A stretch of 64,000 nt of DNA from Nitrospinales bacterium (GTDB lineage: Bacteria; Nitrospinota; Nitrospinia; Nitrospinales; VA-1). Numbering within the stretch: the stretch's first letter is position 1; each line of letters begins with the position of its first letter. The DNA is taken from NCBI GenBank assembly GCA_965223795.1, contig CBDCXL010000002.1:1440001-1504000 (forward strand). Reading direction: 5' to 3'. Shown piece by piece: positions 8,769 to 18,174 of the stretch. The notes under the pieces are model-generated. The model saw nothing but the letters and a program-made list of their open reading frames with translations. It searched no databases and was not told the DNA's origin. The position numbers and the translations under genes were made by a program.

Positions 8769-9308
8769 ATGATCGATTCCCATTCAATCACAGGCGCGGT
8801 GCGGGCATGTGCGCTGGCGCTGCTGCTCGCGCTGTCCGCCTTTCCCGCGCACGCGGAGACGGCCCCCGATCCGGAGAAAGCCCGGCTCATTAAAAAACTG
8901 CTCACAGTCTCGGGCATTGCGGATCAGCTCGCTTACATGAAGGACGGCGTGTTGAATTCCTATTCGCAAATGGTCACTGCCTCGTACCCCAAAGTGCCGC
9001 AGGCGTTCTGGAAGGACTTCAACGGCCTGATGGGAAAAAAGGAAATGGATGCCCTGCTCGATAGGGTGGTGCCGGTGTACGCCAAACACATGAGCGTGGA
9101 GACGATCGAAAAACTGGTGGCGATGTTCGAGACGCCGTTCTGGCAGGAATGGAAAGACAAGATGCCCGAGATCAGCCGGGAGGCGGGACAGATCGGCCAG
9201 CAGTGGGCGATGCGGCTCACGCAATCGAAGGAATTTCAGAAGCGCATCGACCGGCTTGTGGCCAAACACGAACTGGAAAAACTGAACAAGAGCGATGGTA
9301 AACAGTAA
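8769..9308 (+). CDS. DUF2059-like secreted protein
   Basis: Signal peptide ending AHA, VPVYAKHMSVETIEKLVAMFETP motif. AGGAAGGA RBS before ATG 8769. Confidence 0.7.
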   Translation: MIDSHSITGAVRACALALLLALSAFPAHAETAPDPEKARLIKKLLTVSGIADQLAYMKDGVLNSYSQMVTASYPKVPQAFWKDFNGLMGKKEMDALLDRVVPVYAKHMSVETIEKLVAMFETPFWQEWKDKMPEISREAGQIGQQWAMRLTQSKEFQKRIDRLVAKHELEKLNKSDGKQ

Positions 9309-9337
9309 GAACGAAATCGAAAGCTGTGCAATGAAAA

Positions 9338-9392
9338 TGCCTGTGGACTTGTGATCAACCGTCAAACGGTTGGATCACAGGGACCACAGGCA
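9338..9392. repeat. Long imperfect inverted repeat (55-nt hairpin)
   Basis: TGCCTGTGG/CCACAGGCA, GTGATC/GATCAC and AACCGT/ACGGTT nested stems. Confidence 0.7.
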
Positions 9393-9487
9393 CAACGGAT
9401 ATTCAAAAAAGTTAGATTGAAAGATTGCTTGGTTTGTGTTCAAGAATAAAACTTTGACAGCCCTATCGGGCACAAAGTATTTTTCTC

Positions 9488-9826
9488 CTAGCTTTCCTTT
9501 CCCGCCTCAAGGATCATGGCCCGGACCGCAGCCAACGGCAGATCGGAAAATTTTTTGAAACGCACACAGCCTTTGCCGCAGTCGAGATGCGCCAGCGCGC
9601 TTTTGTGCTTGTCCAGCAGCGCGGCGTCGCAGAGATACAGGCTCATGTGATGCTTCTGGCTGCCGATGGCCGCGACGAAACCGTTCATCTCGTAGGTCGG
9701 CATCTTGTAGGCCAGGGTTTCTTTGGCCTTGGGCAGCAGCGAGCGGATGAGCTGGCGCAGGGAGGAAAGTTCCTGCCTGCGCCCCTCGGTCAGCGCGTCG
9801 AAGTAGTCTTCCACAGTCCGCGCCAT
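9488..9826 (-). CDS. DUF1801 (YdhG-like) domain protein
   Basis: TVEDYF...LRQLIRSLLPKAKETLAYKMPTY...QKHHMSLY...GKGCVRFK. Confidence 0.8.
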   Translation of the reverse strand: MARTVEDYFDALTEGRRQELSSLRQLIRSLLPKAKETLAYKMPTYEMNGFVAAIGSQKHHMSLYLCDAALLDKHKSALAHLDCGKGCVRFKKFSDLPLAAVRAMILEAGKES

Positions 9827-9828
9827 GC

Positions 9829-11475
9829 TCAAAACCGCGAGCTGGCGAGTTGCACGTCCGCCTCGCTCCAGGCCTGCCGGAACTGTTTTTCCACCTGCGC
9901 CGCTTCTTCGGTTTTGCCCTGCCCTTTCAGGCTGCGCTGAAGGCCGAACAGTCCCCAGCCGTTGTTTTTGTTTTTACCCAGGTCCTCGCGGTAAACCGTT
10001 TCGGCTTTCGCGAATTTCCCGTTCTTGAGCAGCACCGCCCCCAGTGCGTGGCGCACGGGATAGGACCAGTCGGGCGGCTCGGTGTAGGTGAGCGCATCTT
10101 CGATGCCGGCGGCGATGGTGAGGTGATCGATCGCATCCTGGGTGCGGCCCTCCGCTTCGGCGAGCTCCGCGGACAGAATTTCGACGCCGATGCGCAAAAG
10201 CTGTTTGACCTTATTGAGGCCGAACACGGTCACGTTCTCGATGTCGGGATTTTTGCGGGCCGCCTGCAAAAGATCGAGCTCAAGCTTTGCGTCGTCCAGG
10301 TCGCCCTTGCGCACCTCCGCCATGCCGCGGGCAAAATGCCAGACACCGGTCGGGTAGATGAGATTTTCCGGCGGCGCCGGTTCCTCGAGGATGGCGTCCC
10401 ACTTGCCGAAGCGCACCAGCGCGTACAACGGCATGGAGTAAAAATGCTGCAGGGTGCCGCCGAAGGCGGGATCGTTCATCATGGCCGGATCGACATGCCC
10501 GGCGGTGCTGCGCGCGGCCTCAATCGCCAGCTCGCTCTTGCCGTTCATCATGGCCGCCGCCCAGAGAAAGTGGTGGTTGTGCGGCACGTAGGCCAGGGGA
10601 TACAACCCCTGGGCCTTGACCTCTTTGAGGTAAGCCTGGTCGGCGGCGATGGCCATCTGGTTGGCTTTGGCCGCATCCTTGTAGCGGCCGACGTTGATGT
10701 AGATGTGCGCGGGCATGTGCACCAGATGACCGGCGCCGGGAGCCAGGGTCAACAGACGGTCCGCTGCCGCTTCCGCCCGGCCGGGATCGGCCGATGCCTC
10801 GACGGCGTGGATGTAGAGGTGGTTGGCGAGCGGGTGGTCCAGGGTTTTGGCGAGGATGCTCTCGAGAGTGGCTACGATCTCCGGCGTCCACGGCTTCGGC
10901 TTTTTGTCCCTGGTCCAGAAATCCCACGGGTGCAGGTCCATGAGGGACTCGGCGAACAACGCGGCGATGTTGAGATCATCCGGGTAGCGTTTCGCCACGT
11001 CGCGCATGGCGTCGGCGAAGGCGCGGTCGAGCGGGCTGCGGTCCTTGACCGGTTCTTTGGAATAACGCTTGGACAACGCCTCGATCAGCGCCTGCTCCTT
11101 CGCGGAGGCGCGGTCCTTCAAGGCGAGGGCTTTCTGCATCGCCTGGTGGGCTTTGGGAACGGCGAGCGCTTCCATGGGCGCGTTGAGGTTGGGCCCTAAA
11201 ACCAGGGCGATTCCCCAGTAGCATAGGGCGCATTCGGGATCGAGACGCGCCGCTTCGCGAAACGAACGTTCCGCCTCGGCGTGATTGAACGCAATGGCGA
11301 GGATCCACCCCTGATTGAAATAGCGCTGGGCCAGCGGCTCTTTTGTGGTGACGGCGAAGTGCAGGCTGCCCAGATTGTCAAACAAAGGCGCCTTGCGCTC
11401 GCTCGCCCAGCCGGACACAGCGGACGCGATTGTCATTAAAAATACCAGTAAACTCGTTCGTGCCATCGTCTTCAT
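9829..11475 (-). CDS. Secreted tetratricopeptide-repeat protein
   Basis: Signal peptide, AQRYFNQG...FNHAEAERSF...DPECALCYWG, HLYIHAVE, GHLVHMPAHIY, helical repeats. Confidence 0.8.
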   Translation of the reverse strand: MKTMARTSLLVFLMTIASAVSGWASERKAPLFDNLGSLHFAVTTKEPLAQRYFNQGWILAIAFNHAEAERSFREAARLDPECALCYWGIALVLGPNLNAPMEALAVPKAHQAMQKALALKDRASAKEQALIEALSKRYSKEPVKDRSPLDRAFADAMRDVAKRYPDDLNIAALFAESLMDLHPWDFWTRDKKPKPWTPEIVATLESILAKTLDHPLANHLYIHAVEASADPGRAEAAADRLLTLAPGAGHLVHMPAHIYINVGRYKDAAKANQMAIAADQAYLKEVKAQGLYPLAYVPHNHHFLWAAAMMNGKSELAIEAARSTAGHVDPAMMNDPAFGGTLQHFYSMPLYALVRFGKWDAILEEPAPPENLIYPTGVWHFARGMAEVRKGDLDDAKLELDLLQAARKNPDIENVTVFGLNKVKQLLRIGVEILSAELAEAEGRTQDAIDHLTIAAGIEDALTYTEPPDWSYPVRHALGAVLLKNGKFAKAETVYREDLGKNKNNGWGLFGLQRSLKGQGKTEEAAQVEKQFRQAWSEADVQLASSRF

Positions 11476-11738
11476 GATTTCCCCCTGTTGAATCAAGTAG
11501 TTAAAAATCCTTCACAATGAGGCTCCGATTGATGCGTGGTTTCCCCGGCGGCTGCGTGAAGCGCGGCGCGTATCCGGAATGCACGGTCAGAAACCCGCCC
11601 GCTGGGGCGGACCTGCACCGGGGATTCTAAAACCGCAGGTTGTGCCGCATTCTTGAAGTTCTCCCATCTTTCTACTGGTAAGGATGGGTTTTCCGTTTTA
11701 AATTAATGGAATAGTCCTAAATCACACAATCCGGAGGT

Positions 11739-13064
11739 GTGTGCCTGCCTAGCGTGCGGAAACGGATTTCCGTCTTTACTCTTTTTCCAGATCGTCGTCG
11801 TTTTTTTCAATATCTCATGATTGTGAAAATGTCCCCCCATTTCCGATCCTGTGCCATTTCCCTTTGGGGAAAATGGACGCTGTCCATTCTGGTGCTGTCC
11901 GCCTTTGGCCTGCCTCCGTCTTCCGCCTTCGCGGGAGGCGGCGGCCTGCCTTTGACAGCGCAGGATTTTTTGCGTCCGGCGCCGCCGCTGCGCTCAGCAC
12001 TTCCGGTCCCGACGCTCAAACAGAATGCAGAGCTTTTGCAAAAAACAGGCGGCATCGTGTTTGAACGCACCGCCCGCCCCGCGGAAGAACTTTCCGGCAA
12101 GCGCATCGGCATCGCTTACCTGCCCAACCAGGAGGACGGCAAGCGGCTCAAGATCCGCATCGGCGACAAAGCGTATATCCTCCCGATCCACGACTGGCAG
12201 CTCATTCCCATCGCCCGGTTCGCCGATTCGGACACGACGGCGGTGATCTCCACCACGGAGGCAAGCCCCAACAAGATCCGCACCCATCCGGCATTCCAAA
12301 ACACGCTGCTGGGGCTGAGGCTGTTCCAGGCGGACGCGTTGTTCGACGCGCCCGCTTCGGCCTGGAACCTTCCCCGCTATTACATGCCTGGAAACCACAC
12401 GCACTGGGTGACGGCGGAGCTGGTCAACGTCCGGTCGCTGCCGACGCCCAAAGGCACCATCGTGCGGGTGCTGAAAAAATGGACCGGCGTCAACGTGCTG
12501 CAGGTGCGTCTGGGCTGGGCGCAGATCAAGCTTGGAAGCAAAACCGGCTGGGTTTCCGCCGAGCTTCTGACCCGCAAAAGCCCGCCCCTGCTGGGCGGCG
12601 GCGAGAACGGGTTTCACACCGAAAAGCCCACCGCCCTGGTGGAAGAGATGGAAGCCATCCGCAACCGGCACCACTTGACCCTGCGCGCCAAATACGGCCG
12701 CGATTACCGCTACGGCTACCTGATCCACGACCCGAAAACCGGCATCGAGTTCAAAACCGGTCCTCAGGGATTCGCCCTGACGGGACAGCCCGAATTTTAT
12801 TTCTGGAGCGGCCGCAAGGACGAGGGCAAAACCCATCCGGTCGTGCACATGAACTTTGAAATGCGGCAGAAAATCCACCTGCTCGAAAAGATCAATCCGG
12901 TGGTCTACCGTTCTCTCGTCACCACCATGCGCTACGCCGCTTTTTTCCGTTATTGCAAAAAGCAGGCTCCGGACGAATGGAAATCGTTTCTAAAGTCTCT
13001 GGAACCTGTTAAAATTCCCTCGATCGAAATACCCGTGACTTCCATTTTTCACGGCAATCGATAG
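11739..13064 (+). CDS. Secreted hypothetical protein with internal bacterial SH3 (SH3b) domain; true start probably ~11817-11829
   Basis: Hydrophobic signal ending AFA. VNVRSLP...GWAQIKLGSKTGWVSAELL is an SH3b pattern. Confidence 0.7.
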   Translation: MCLPSVRKRISVFTLFPDRRRFFQYLMIVKMSPHFRSCAISLWGKWTLSILVLSAFGLPPSSAFAGGGGLPLTAQDFLRPAPPLRSALPVPTLKQNAELLQKTGGIVFERTARPAEELSGKRIGIAYLPNQEDGKRLKIRIGDKAYILPIHDWQLIPIARFADSDTTAVISTTEASPNKIRTHPAFQNTLLGLRLFQADALFDAPASAWNLPRYYMPGNHTHWVTAELVNVRSLPTPKGTIVRVLKKWTGVNVLQVRLGWAQIKLGSKTGWVSAELLTRKSPPLLGGGENGFHTEKPTALVEEMEAIRNRHHLTLRAKYGRDYRYGYLIHDPKTGIEFKTGPQGFALTGQPEFYFWSGRKDEGKTHPVVHMNFEMRQKIHLLEKINPVVYRSLVTTMRYAAFFRYCKKQAPDEWKSFLKSLEPVKIPSIEIPVTSIFHGNR

Positions 13065-13164
13065 CAACCCGGATCCGGCTGAACCGATCCTTCCCCGCAA
13101 CACCTTCTGACTCCGTTTTGCAGCAACCAGGCTGCGAAACCGGATCCGCTCTCACAGCAACAGG

Positions 13165-14298
13165 ATGCCCGTTATGGCCGCCGCCAAAAAGAAACCCCTG
13201 CCGAAACGCAACGCCACCTTCAAGGAATTGTTTTCGCCGCAGAAAAAATACCGCTACTTCGAAAACAGCGACCGGCACGCGTTCAAAGCCAGAGCCAGGC
13301 GCTTTCAATGGGTCAACTGCTGGTGGCTGGCGGAAGCCTCCATGCTGGCCTATTGCGACCGCGCGACCGTGATGAAAGCGCTGACCACGGCTCCGCGCAA
13401 CGGCAAGAACGCCGCCCTGTTCGATGAGGCGGTGTTTTTCGACCGCGACGGCACGCAGGGCTTCGTGGCGCACAACAAGGACTTGGTCATCGTCGCCTTC
13501 CGCGGCACGCTGATCCCGGGCCTGGAAAAACCGCTCCCGGACGCCGCCCAGGAGCCGCCGAAAATCGCCAAGAACGCCATGGCGGACATCAAAAAATTTT
13601 TTTCCAGCAAAACCCGCGCGAAGTATTTCAAACAATTTTCCGACGTCTTCACGGACACGAACCTGCTTCTGGTCGAAGACCCGCCGCAGCCGGGAAAGGT
13701 GCACCGCGGTTTCAAGCAGGCTCTGGACGCGGTCTGGCAGCCGTCCGCTGCAGCGGATGAAAACGGCGACGCCGCGGCTTCGTCCGGCTTGAAGGCCACG
13801 CTCGACAGCATCCGCGCCCGCGGCAAGCGCAAACACGGCAAGGAACCGGCCCTCTGGTTCACCGGGCACAGCCTGGGCGCGGCGCTGGCGACGCTGGCGG
13901 CCAACCGCTATAAAAACGTTCAGGGCGTGTACACCTTCGGCTCCCCCAGAGTGGGCGACGCGGATTTCATCCAGGGTTTCCGCACGCCGCAGTATTACCG
14001 CATCGTCAACAACCGCGACATCGTCGCCCTGGTGCCGCCGCGGCTGCCGCCTTTTTTCGATTACTGCCACCTGGCAGGGATACGGAAGATCACACAATCC
14101 AAGCCCAACCGGGTGAATCTGGAAACCCGCGACAACGGCGAAGGGTTCAGTTCCAGCGGCTACGATATTCTGAGCCTGATCGCCTCCATCCCGAAGATTC
14201 CCGACGGCAACCTGCCCGGCCGGCTGTTCGACCACTGCCCGTACATCTACGTGGCGCACAGCTGGAACCTGTATCTCAAATCACTCAAACGCGCCTAA
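13165..14298 (+). CDS. Lipase class 3 family protein
   Basis: IVAFRGT, VHRGF, WFTGHSLGAALA, YTFGSPRVGD, RIVNNRDIV, DH. Confidence 0.9.
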   Translation: MPVMAAAKKKPLPKRNATFKELFSPQKKYRYFENSDRHAFKARARRFQWVNCWWLAEASMLAYCDRATVMKALTTAPRNGKNAALFDEAVFFDRDGTQGFVAHNKDLVIVAFRGTLIPGLEKPLPDAAQEPPKIAKNAMADIKKFFSSKTRAKYFKQFSDVFTDTNLLLVEDPPQPGKVHRGFKQALDAVWQPSAAADENGDAAASSGLKATLDSIRARGKRKHGKEPALWFTGHSLGAALATLAANRYKNVQGVYTFGSPRVGDADFIQGFRTPQYYRIVNNRDIVALVPPRLPPFFDYCHLAGIRKITQSKPNRVNLETRDNGEGFSSSGYDILSLIASIPKIPDGNLPGRLFDHCPYIYVAHSWNLYLKSLKRA

Positions 14299-14909
14299 GG
14301 CTGGCGGTACAGCAGGCGCAGGTAGTCCGTGTACAGCTTTAGCTGCGGCGCCACCAGCTTGGGGTCGTTCAGGGTCTTGGACTGCAACAGCGCCCCCTCG
14401 AGCACGCAGACCAGTAAATCCGCCAGGTCCTCGGGATTCACCGGATGCTCCGCTTCGTGCTTTTCGCTGGCGGCGCGGATCTTGGCCGCGAACATCTCGC
14501 GCCAGTCGAGCATGGCCTGGGAACAGACACACAACACGTCTTCGTCGAACTGCTGGCTCTGAAACGCGAAGGCCGCGATGAGGCAGCCGGCGAACGGCTC
14601 GTCCAGGCCATCGAACATTTCCGCAAGCAGCCCCACAAAAATCAGAAGCTGCTGCAGCGGGTCGGGACTCATCTTCTCCGCGCGCTGCATGAAACCGCCC
14701 ATCACTTCCAGATCCTGGGCGTGAAAACGCTGGATCAGCCGTTTGGCGAGATCGGCCTTGTTCTTGAAATGGTAAAAAAAGGTTCCCTTGGTGATGCCCG
14801 CCTTTTCGATCACCTTGTCCACAGAGGCGCCGGCAAATCCGTAACTGAGTACCAGTTGCTGCGCGGTGTCGAGAATCCGCTCCTGCGTCGCCACACCCGA
14901 TTTCGGCAT
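14295..14909 (-). CDS. TetR/AcrR family transcriptional regulator
   Basis: TQERILDTA...GFAGASVDKVIEKAGITKGTFFYHFKNKADL helix-turn-helix, C-terminal GCLI motif. Confidence 0.92.
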   Translation of the reverse strand: MPKSGVATQERILDTAQQLVLSYGFAGASVDKVIEKAGITKGTFFYHFKNKADLAKRLIQRFHAQDLEVMGGFMQRAEKMSPDPLQQLLIFVGLLAEMFDGLDEPFAGCLIAAFAFQSQQFDEDVLCVCSQAMLDWREMFAAKIRAASEKHEAEHPVNPEDLADLLVCVLEGALLQSKTLNDPKLVAPQLKLYTDYLRLLYRQP

Positions 14910-14953
14910 CGGTCTTCCTTTCAAAGTATTCGCGTTTGTGCCCGCAGTCAGAA

Positions 14954-14981
14954 ATTATACCAACCAGTTGGTATATGTCAA
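14954..14981 (-). promoter_or_regulatory. Consensus sigma70 promoter of tetR containing palindromic operator 1
   Basis: Minus strand TTGACA (14981-14976), 16 nt, TATAAT (14959-14954). Palindrome TATACCAAC-CA-GTTGGTATA at 14956-14975. Confidence 0.85.
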
Positions 14982-15124
14982 CATCTCCTTTTCCCCTCCA
15001 GCAAATCAAATTTTTTAGAACCAACTCAACCACTTAAAAATTAATAACTTGCCTTAGTATCTGGCGAATCAGAAGATTTTCGCCAAAACTTTTTTGTTGA
15101 CGTCCTTCCACGACATGTTTATTT

Positions 15125-15143
15125 TATACCAACCAGTTGGTAT
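15125..15143. promoter_or_regulatory. Palindromic operator 2 upstream of the methyltransferase-OsmC operon
   Basis: TATACCAACCAGTTGGTAT is identical over 19 nt to operator 1 and abuts TTGACA at 15143-15148. Confidence 0.8.
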
Positions 15144-15374
15144 TGACAAATTCATCAAAACGGGATTGATTCGATGCTGCAGCCAGACAGCCATTTCAGA
15201 GGCCTTGCCGTTCCGGGACCGCATTTCGCGGGCAACCGGGAAAGTCCGTTCGCACCGGCACTGATTTCTTTTCACAACCGTTTTCGAGGGAGAACGGCAT
15301 TAGGAAAGGAATCATGCAAAGACCGGATTTCAATTCTTTATTCATCCAGATCCAATAATCGGGGGAAATGAAAA

Positions 15375-16445
15375 ATGACGACGCAACAACTGACCATCGA
15401 CGAAAAAAAACTGGAAGATTTTATGGGGAAAATGGTGGGCGAAATGGGGGCCGCTACCAGCAGTGTGCTGGTTCTCATAGGACAGAAGCTGGGGCTCTAC
15501 AAAACGCTTGCCGAGAACGAACCTCTCTCGGCAGAAGAGTTGGCCCGAAAAACGGAAACCGCACCGAGATACATTCTGGAGTGGGCTGCCAACCAGGCCG
15601 CTTCCGGATACATCGAATACGACCCGGTAACGGATCGGTTTTCCCAGTCCCCAGAGCAGGCCGCTGTGTTTGCCGATGAGGAGAGCCCTTACTACATGGG
15701 GGGCGCATTTATTTCACTTTCTTCCATGTTCGCCGACGAACCCAAAATCACGGCAGCGTTTCGCACCGGCAAAGGGGTTTCCTGGGGTGACCATGATTCC
15801 TGCCTTTTTTGCGGTGTCGCCAAGTTTTTCAAACCCACTTACAAAGCCCAGCTGATTCAATCCTGGATTCCTTCACTTGAAGGCGTTGAGGAAAAACTGG
15901 AAAAAGGCGCCCACGTCGCGGATGTCGGCTGCGGTTTCGGACACTCCACGCTGCTTTTAGCGGAAGCGTTTCCCAACAGCCGCTTTTTCGGGTTCGATTT
16001 TCATGCGCCCTCCATCGAACAAGCAAAGCAAACAGCCGATGAAAAGGGACTTAGAAACGTGACGTTCCAAACCGCGAAGGCCAAGGACTTTCCTGGGGAA
16101 TCCTACGATCTGATCACCTTTTTCGACTGCCTGCACGACATGGGGGACCCGGCGGGCGCCGCCAGGCATGTGTACGACAAACTCGATCCCAAGGGCACCT
16201 GGATGATCGTGGAACCGTTCGCCCACGACACGCTGGAACAAAATCTCAATCCTGTGGGCCGGGTTTATTATTCCTTTTCGGCGACGGTCTGCACGCCGTC
16301 GTCTTTGAGCCAGGAAGTGGGTCTCGCTTTGGGCGCGCAAGCCGGTGAAAAGAAGCTTCGGGAAGTGGTGACTTCGGGCGGCTTCACCCGGTTTCGCCGT
16401 GCGGCGGAAACGCCCTTCAACCTGATTTTGGAAGCACGCCGCTGA
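15375..16445 (+). CDS. SAM-dependent methyltransferase with N-terminal winged helix (Rv2258c-like)
   Basis: ELARKT...RYILEWAANQAASGY, VADVGCGFG, FGFDFH, FFDCLHDMGDP, ALGAQAGE, TPFNLILEAR. Confidence 0.88.
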   Translation: MTTQQLTIDEKKLEDFMGKMVGEMGAATSSVLVLIGQKLGLYKTLAENEPLSAEELARKTETAPRYILEWAANQAASGYIEYDPVTDRFSQSPEQAAVFADEESPYYMGGAFISLSSMFADEPKITAAFRTGKGVSWGDHDSCLFCGVAKFFKPTYKAQLIQSWIPSLEGVEEKLEKGAHVADVGCGFGHSTLLLAEAFPNSRFFGFDFHAPSIEQAKQTADEKGLRNVTFQTAKAKDFPGESYDLITFFDCLHDMGDPAGAARHVYDKLDPKGTWMIVEPFAHDTLEQNLNPVGRVYYSFSATVCTPSSLSQEVGLALGAQAGEKKLREVVTSGGFTRFRRAAETPFNLILEARR

Positions 16446-16512
16446 AACGCGCCAAGATTACAATGTCCATTGCTGACAAGAACACAACCATATCATCATA
16501 AGGAGAAATAAT

Positions 16513-17079
16513 ATGTCAAACACTGCCGATACACAGACCCACCCTAACGACATCGACGTTCCCGCACTCAAGGAAGTGATCCAGGCGGTGAGCGAAGACG
16601 CCTCCAAAGGCAAGGTGAAGTTTCATGTGACCACGGGCTGGACGGGGCAGACCAGCAGCACCACGAAAGTGCAGTCCATGCAGCTGGGAGGAGAAACGAT
16701 CGAGCGGTCGTTTTCCATCCGCGCCGACGAGCCGCCGGAGCTTCTGGGTAAAAACACCGCGCCCAATCCTCAGGAACTGCTGTTCACGGCCATGAACGCC
16801 TGCATGCTGGTGGGCTACGTGGTGGGCGCGTCGTTCAAGGGCATCACGCTTGAGAAACTGGAAATCGAAACGGAAGGGGAACTGGATCTGCGCGGTTTTC
16901 TCGGCATCGATGACACCGTGAAAGCGGGCTACGACAGCATCCAGTACACGGTGCGCATCAAAGGGGACGGGACGCCGGAGCAGTTTCAGGAAATCCACGA
17001 CACCGTCATCAAGACTTCGCCCAACCGGTTCAACCTCGCCAGCCCGATCCGCCTGGACGGCAGACTGGTCGTGGATTGA
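16513..17079 (+). CDS. OsmC family protein
   Basis: ADEPPELLGKNTAPNPQELL...AC, EGELDLRGFLG. Strong RBS TAAGGAG. Confidence 0.88.
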   Translation: MSNTADTQTHPNDIDVPALKEVIQAVSEDASKGKVKFHVTTGWTGQTSSTTKVQSMQLGGETIERSFSIRADEPPELLGKNTAPNPQELLFTAMNACMLVGYVVGASFKGITLEKLEIETEGELDLRGFLGIDDTVKAGYDSIQYTVRIKGDGTPEQFQEIHDTVIKTSPNRFNLASPIRLDGRLVVD

Positions 17080-17114
17080 ACCGCTTCGTTGAATCCCTTA
17101 TCAGGCAGGAGTGA

Positions 17115-17164
17115 ACAGACAGGGCCCGGGTCCCGTTTCATTACAGGAGTGGGGCCCTGTCTGT
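17115..17164. terminator. Hairpin between convergent genes (possible terminator, no clear U-tract)
   Basis: 13-bp perfect inverted repeat ACAGACAGGGCCC / GGGCCCTGTCTGT. Confidence 0.5.
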
Positions 17165-17255
17165 CGGGGGGATTCTTGAGGCTGATGGCAATCCGCTGTT
17201 TTTAATCTCAGCGGTTCCTTTGCCGTTCAACCTGTGCGAATGCGTCGCGCTCAAT

Positions 17256-17690
17256 TCAAACCAGGTTCAGCAGATTGAGGGAAACGCCGATCAACGCGAT
17301 CATCTGAAGCGAATTGATGAGCACGCTGAACCGGTGCAGGCGGGCGAACCGTTTCCCCGCGGCCGCATCGCCGGCTTTCTCAAGATCGCTGTAGTGATTG
17401 ATGCGGTGCATCAAAGACTGGCGGCAATAGATGAAGCCGGCCAAAGTCAGGGCCAACAGCGCGATCAACACGGGGCCGGACGACAACGCGCCCAGGAGCG
17501 CGATGGCGGTGACGATGGCGCCCCAGCTGTAATAACGCGGGAAAAACGCGCGCAGGTAAACGCTGGCGGATCGGCGGTCGAGGTGGCTGATGGCGAGCGG
17601 CGCGACGATCAGCGCGAAAAAGATCATGCTGCCGAGCAGGATGATCACCGAATAAAGCGTGAAGTAGCTGTACCATTCCGGTGTGGGCAT
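17256..17690 (-). CDS. DUF4149-like membrane protein
   Basis: LGSMIFFALIVAP, YLRAFFPRYY, RFARLHRFSVLIN; four TM segments. Confidence 0.8.
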   Translation of the reverse strand: MPTPEWYSYFTLYSVIILLGSMIFFALIVAPLAISHLDRRSASVYLRAFFPRYYSWGAIVTAIALLGALSSGPVLIALLALTLAGFIYCRQSLMHRINHYSDLEKAGDAAAGKRFARLHRFSVLINSLQMIALIGVSLNLLNLV

Positions 17691-17697
17691 GGTTCCC

Positions 17698-18009
17698 TCA
17701 TTTCATCGTTTGTCTGTCTTTTTTCCGTTTCTCGTAATAAAATTTTTTCTGGCATTCGTGGGAGCAGTATTTCGCCGCCTTGTGCCTGGCGTGAAAGGGA
17801 TTGCCGCACTGGCAGCACTGCTTTTCGTGGAATGTGCCGGAACGGGATGGTGCGTTCCCGCCCTGTTTGAAATTTTCGACAAACCGCCTGGCCTTGCGGG
17901 TGGACTTTTGCTTCAGCAGCTTGTCGGCGGATGTGGATTTGATGTCTTTGACATGATGTACTTTTTTTAATTTGCCTTTGCCATCATAGATCCTGCACTC
18001 ATAGGCCAT
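17698..18009 (-). CDS. Small basic hypothetical protein with C-terminal Cys (zinc-finger-like) cluster
   Basis: CCQCGNPF...AKYCSHECQ. Purine-rich GGAGGAAGG upstream. Confidence 0.6.
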   Translation of the reverse strand: MAYECRIYDGKGKLKKVHHVKDIKSTSADKLLKQKSTRKARRFVENFKQGGNAPSRSGTFHEKQCCQCGNPFHARHKAAKYCSHECQKKFYYEKRKKDRQTMK

Positions 18010-18046
18010 GTAAGAACCTGTGCCTTCCTCCACGATACGATTGAAA

Positions 18047-18137
18047 GGAAGAGAATTCGGCTATCCGGTTTTGTATCTTCCGAAGCGCCAGTAGAAAAAA
18101 CCGGAAAGCCACCAGGCGGTTCGCCGAATTCTCTTCC
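18047..18137. repeat. 15-bp perfect inverted repeat enclosing an inner stem
   Basis: GGAAGAGAATTCGGC (18047-18061) / GCCGAATTCTCTTCC (18123-18137); inner TCCGGTTTT / AAAACCGGA. Confidence 0.75.
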
Positions 18138-18174
18138 CACCTCCTTGATTCACCCTTCTGTTTTTTGTGATCGA

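Noticed and set aside
9338..9417. Integron attC site (hairpin followed by GTTAGAT)
   Set aside because: No matching RYYYAAC inverse core, no integrase and no cassette array.
11542..11624. Multi-stem structure in the 11.5-11.7 kb intergenic region
   Set aside because: Short GC-rich stems only, no riboswitch consensus recognised; compatible with chance.
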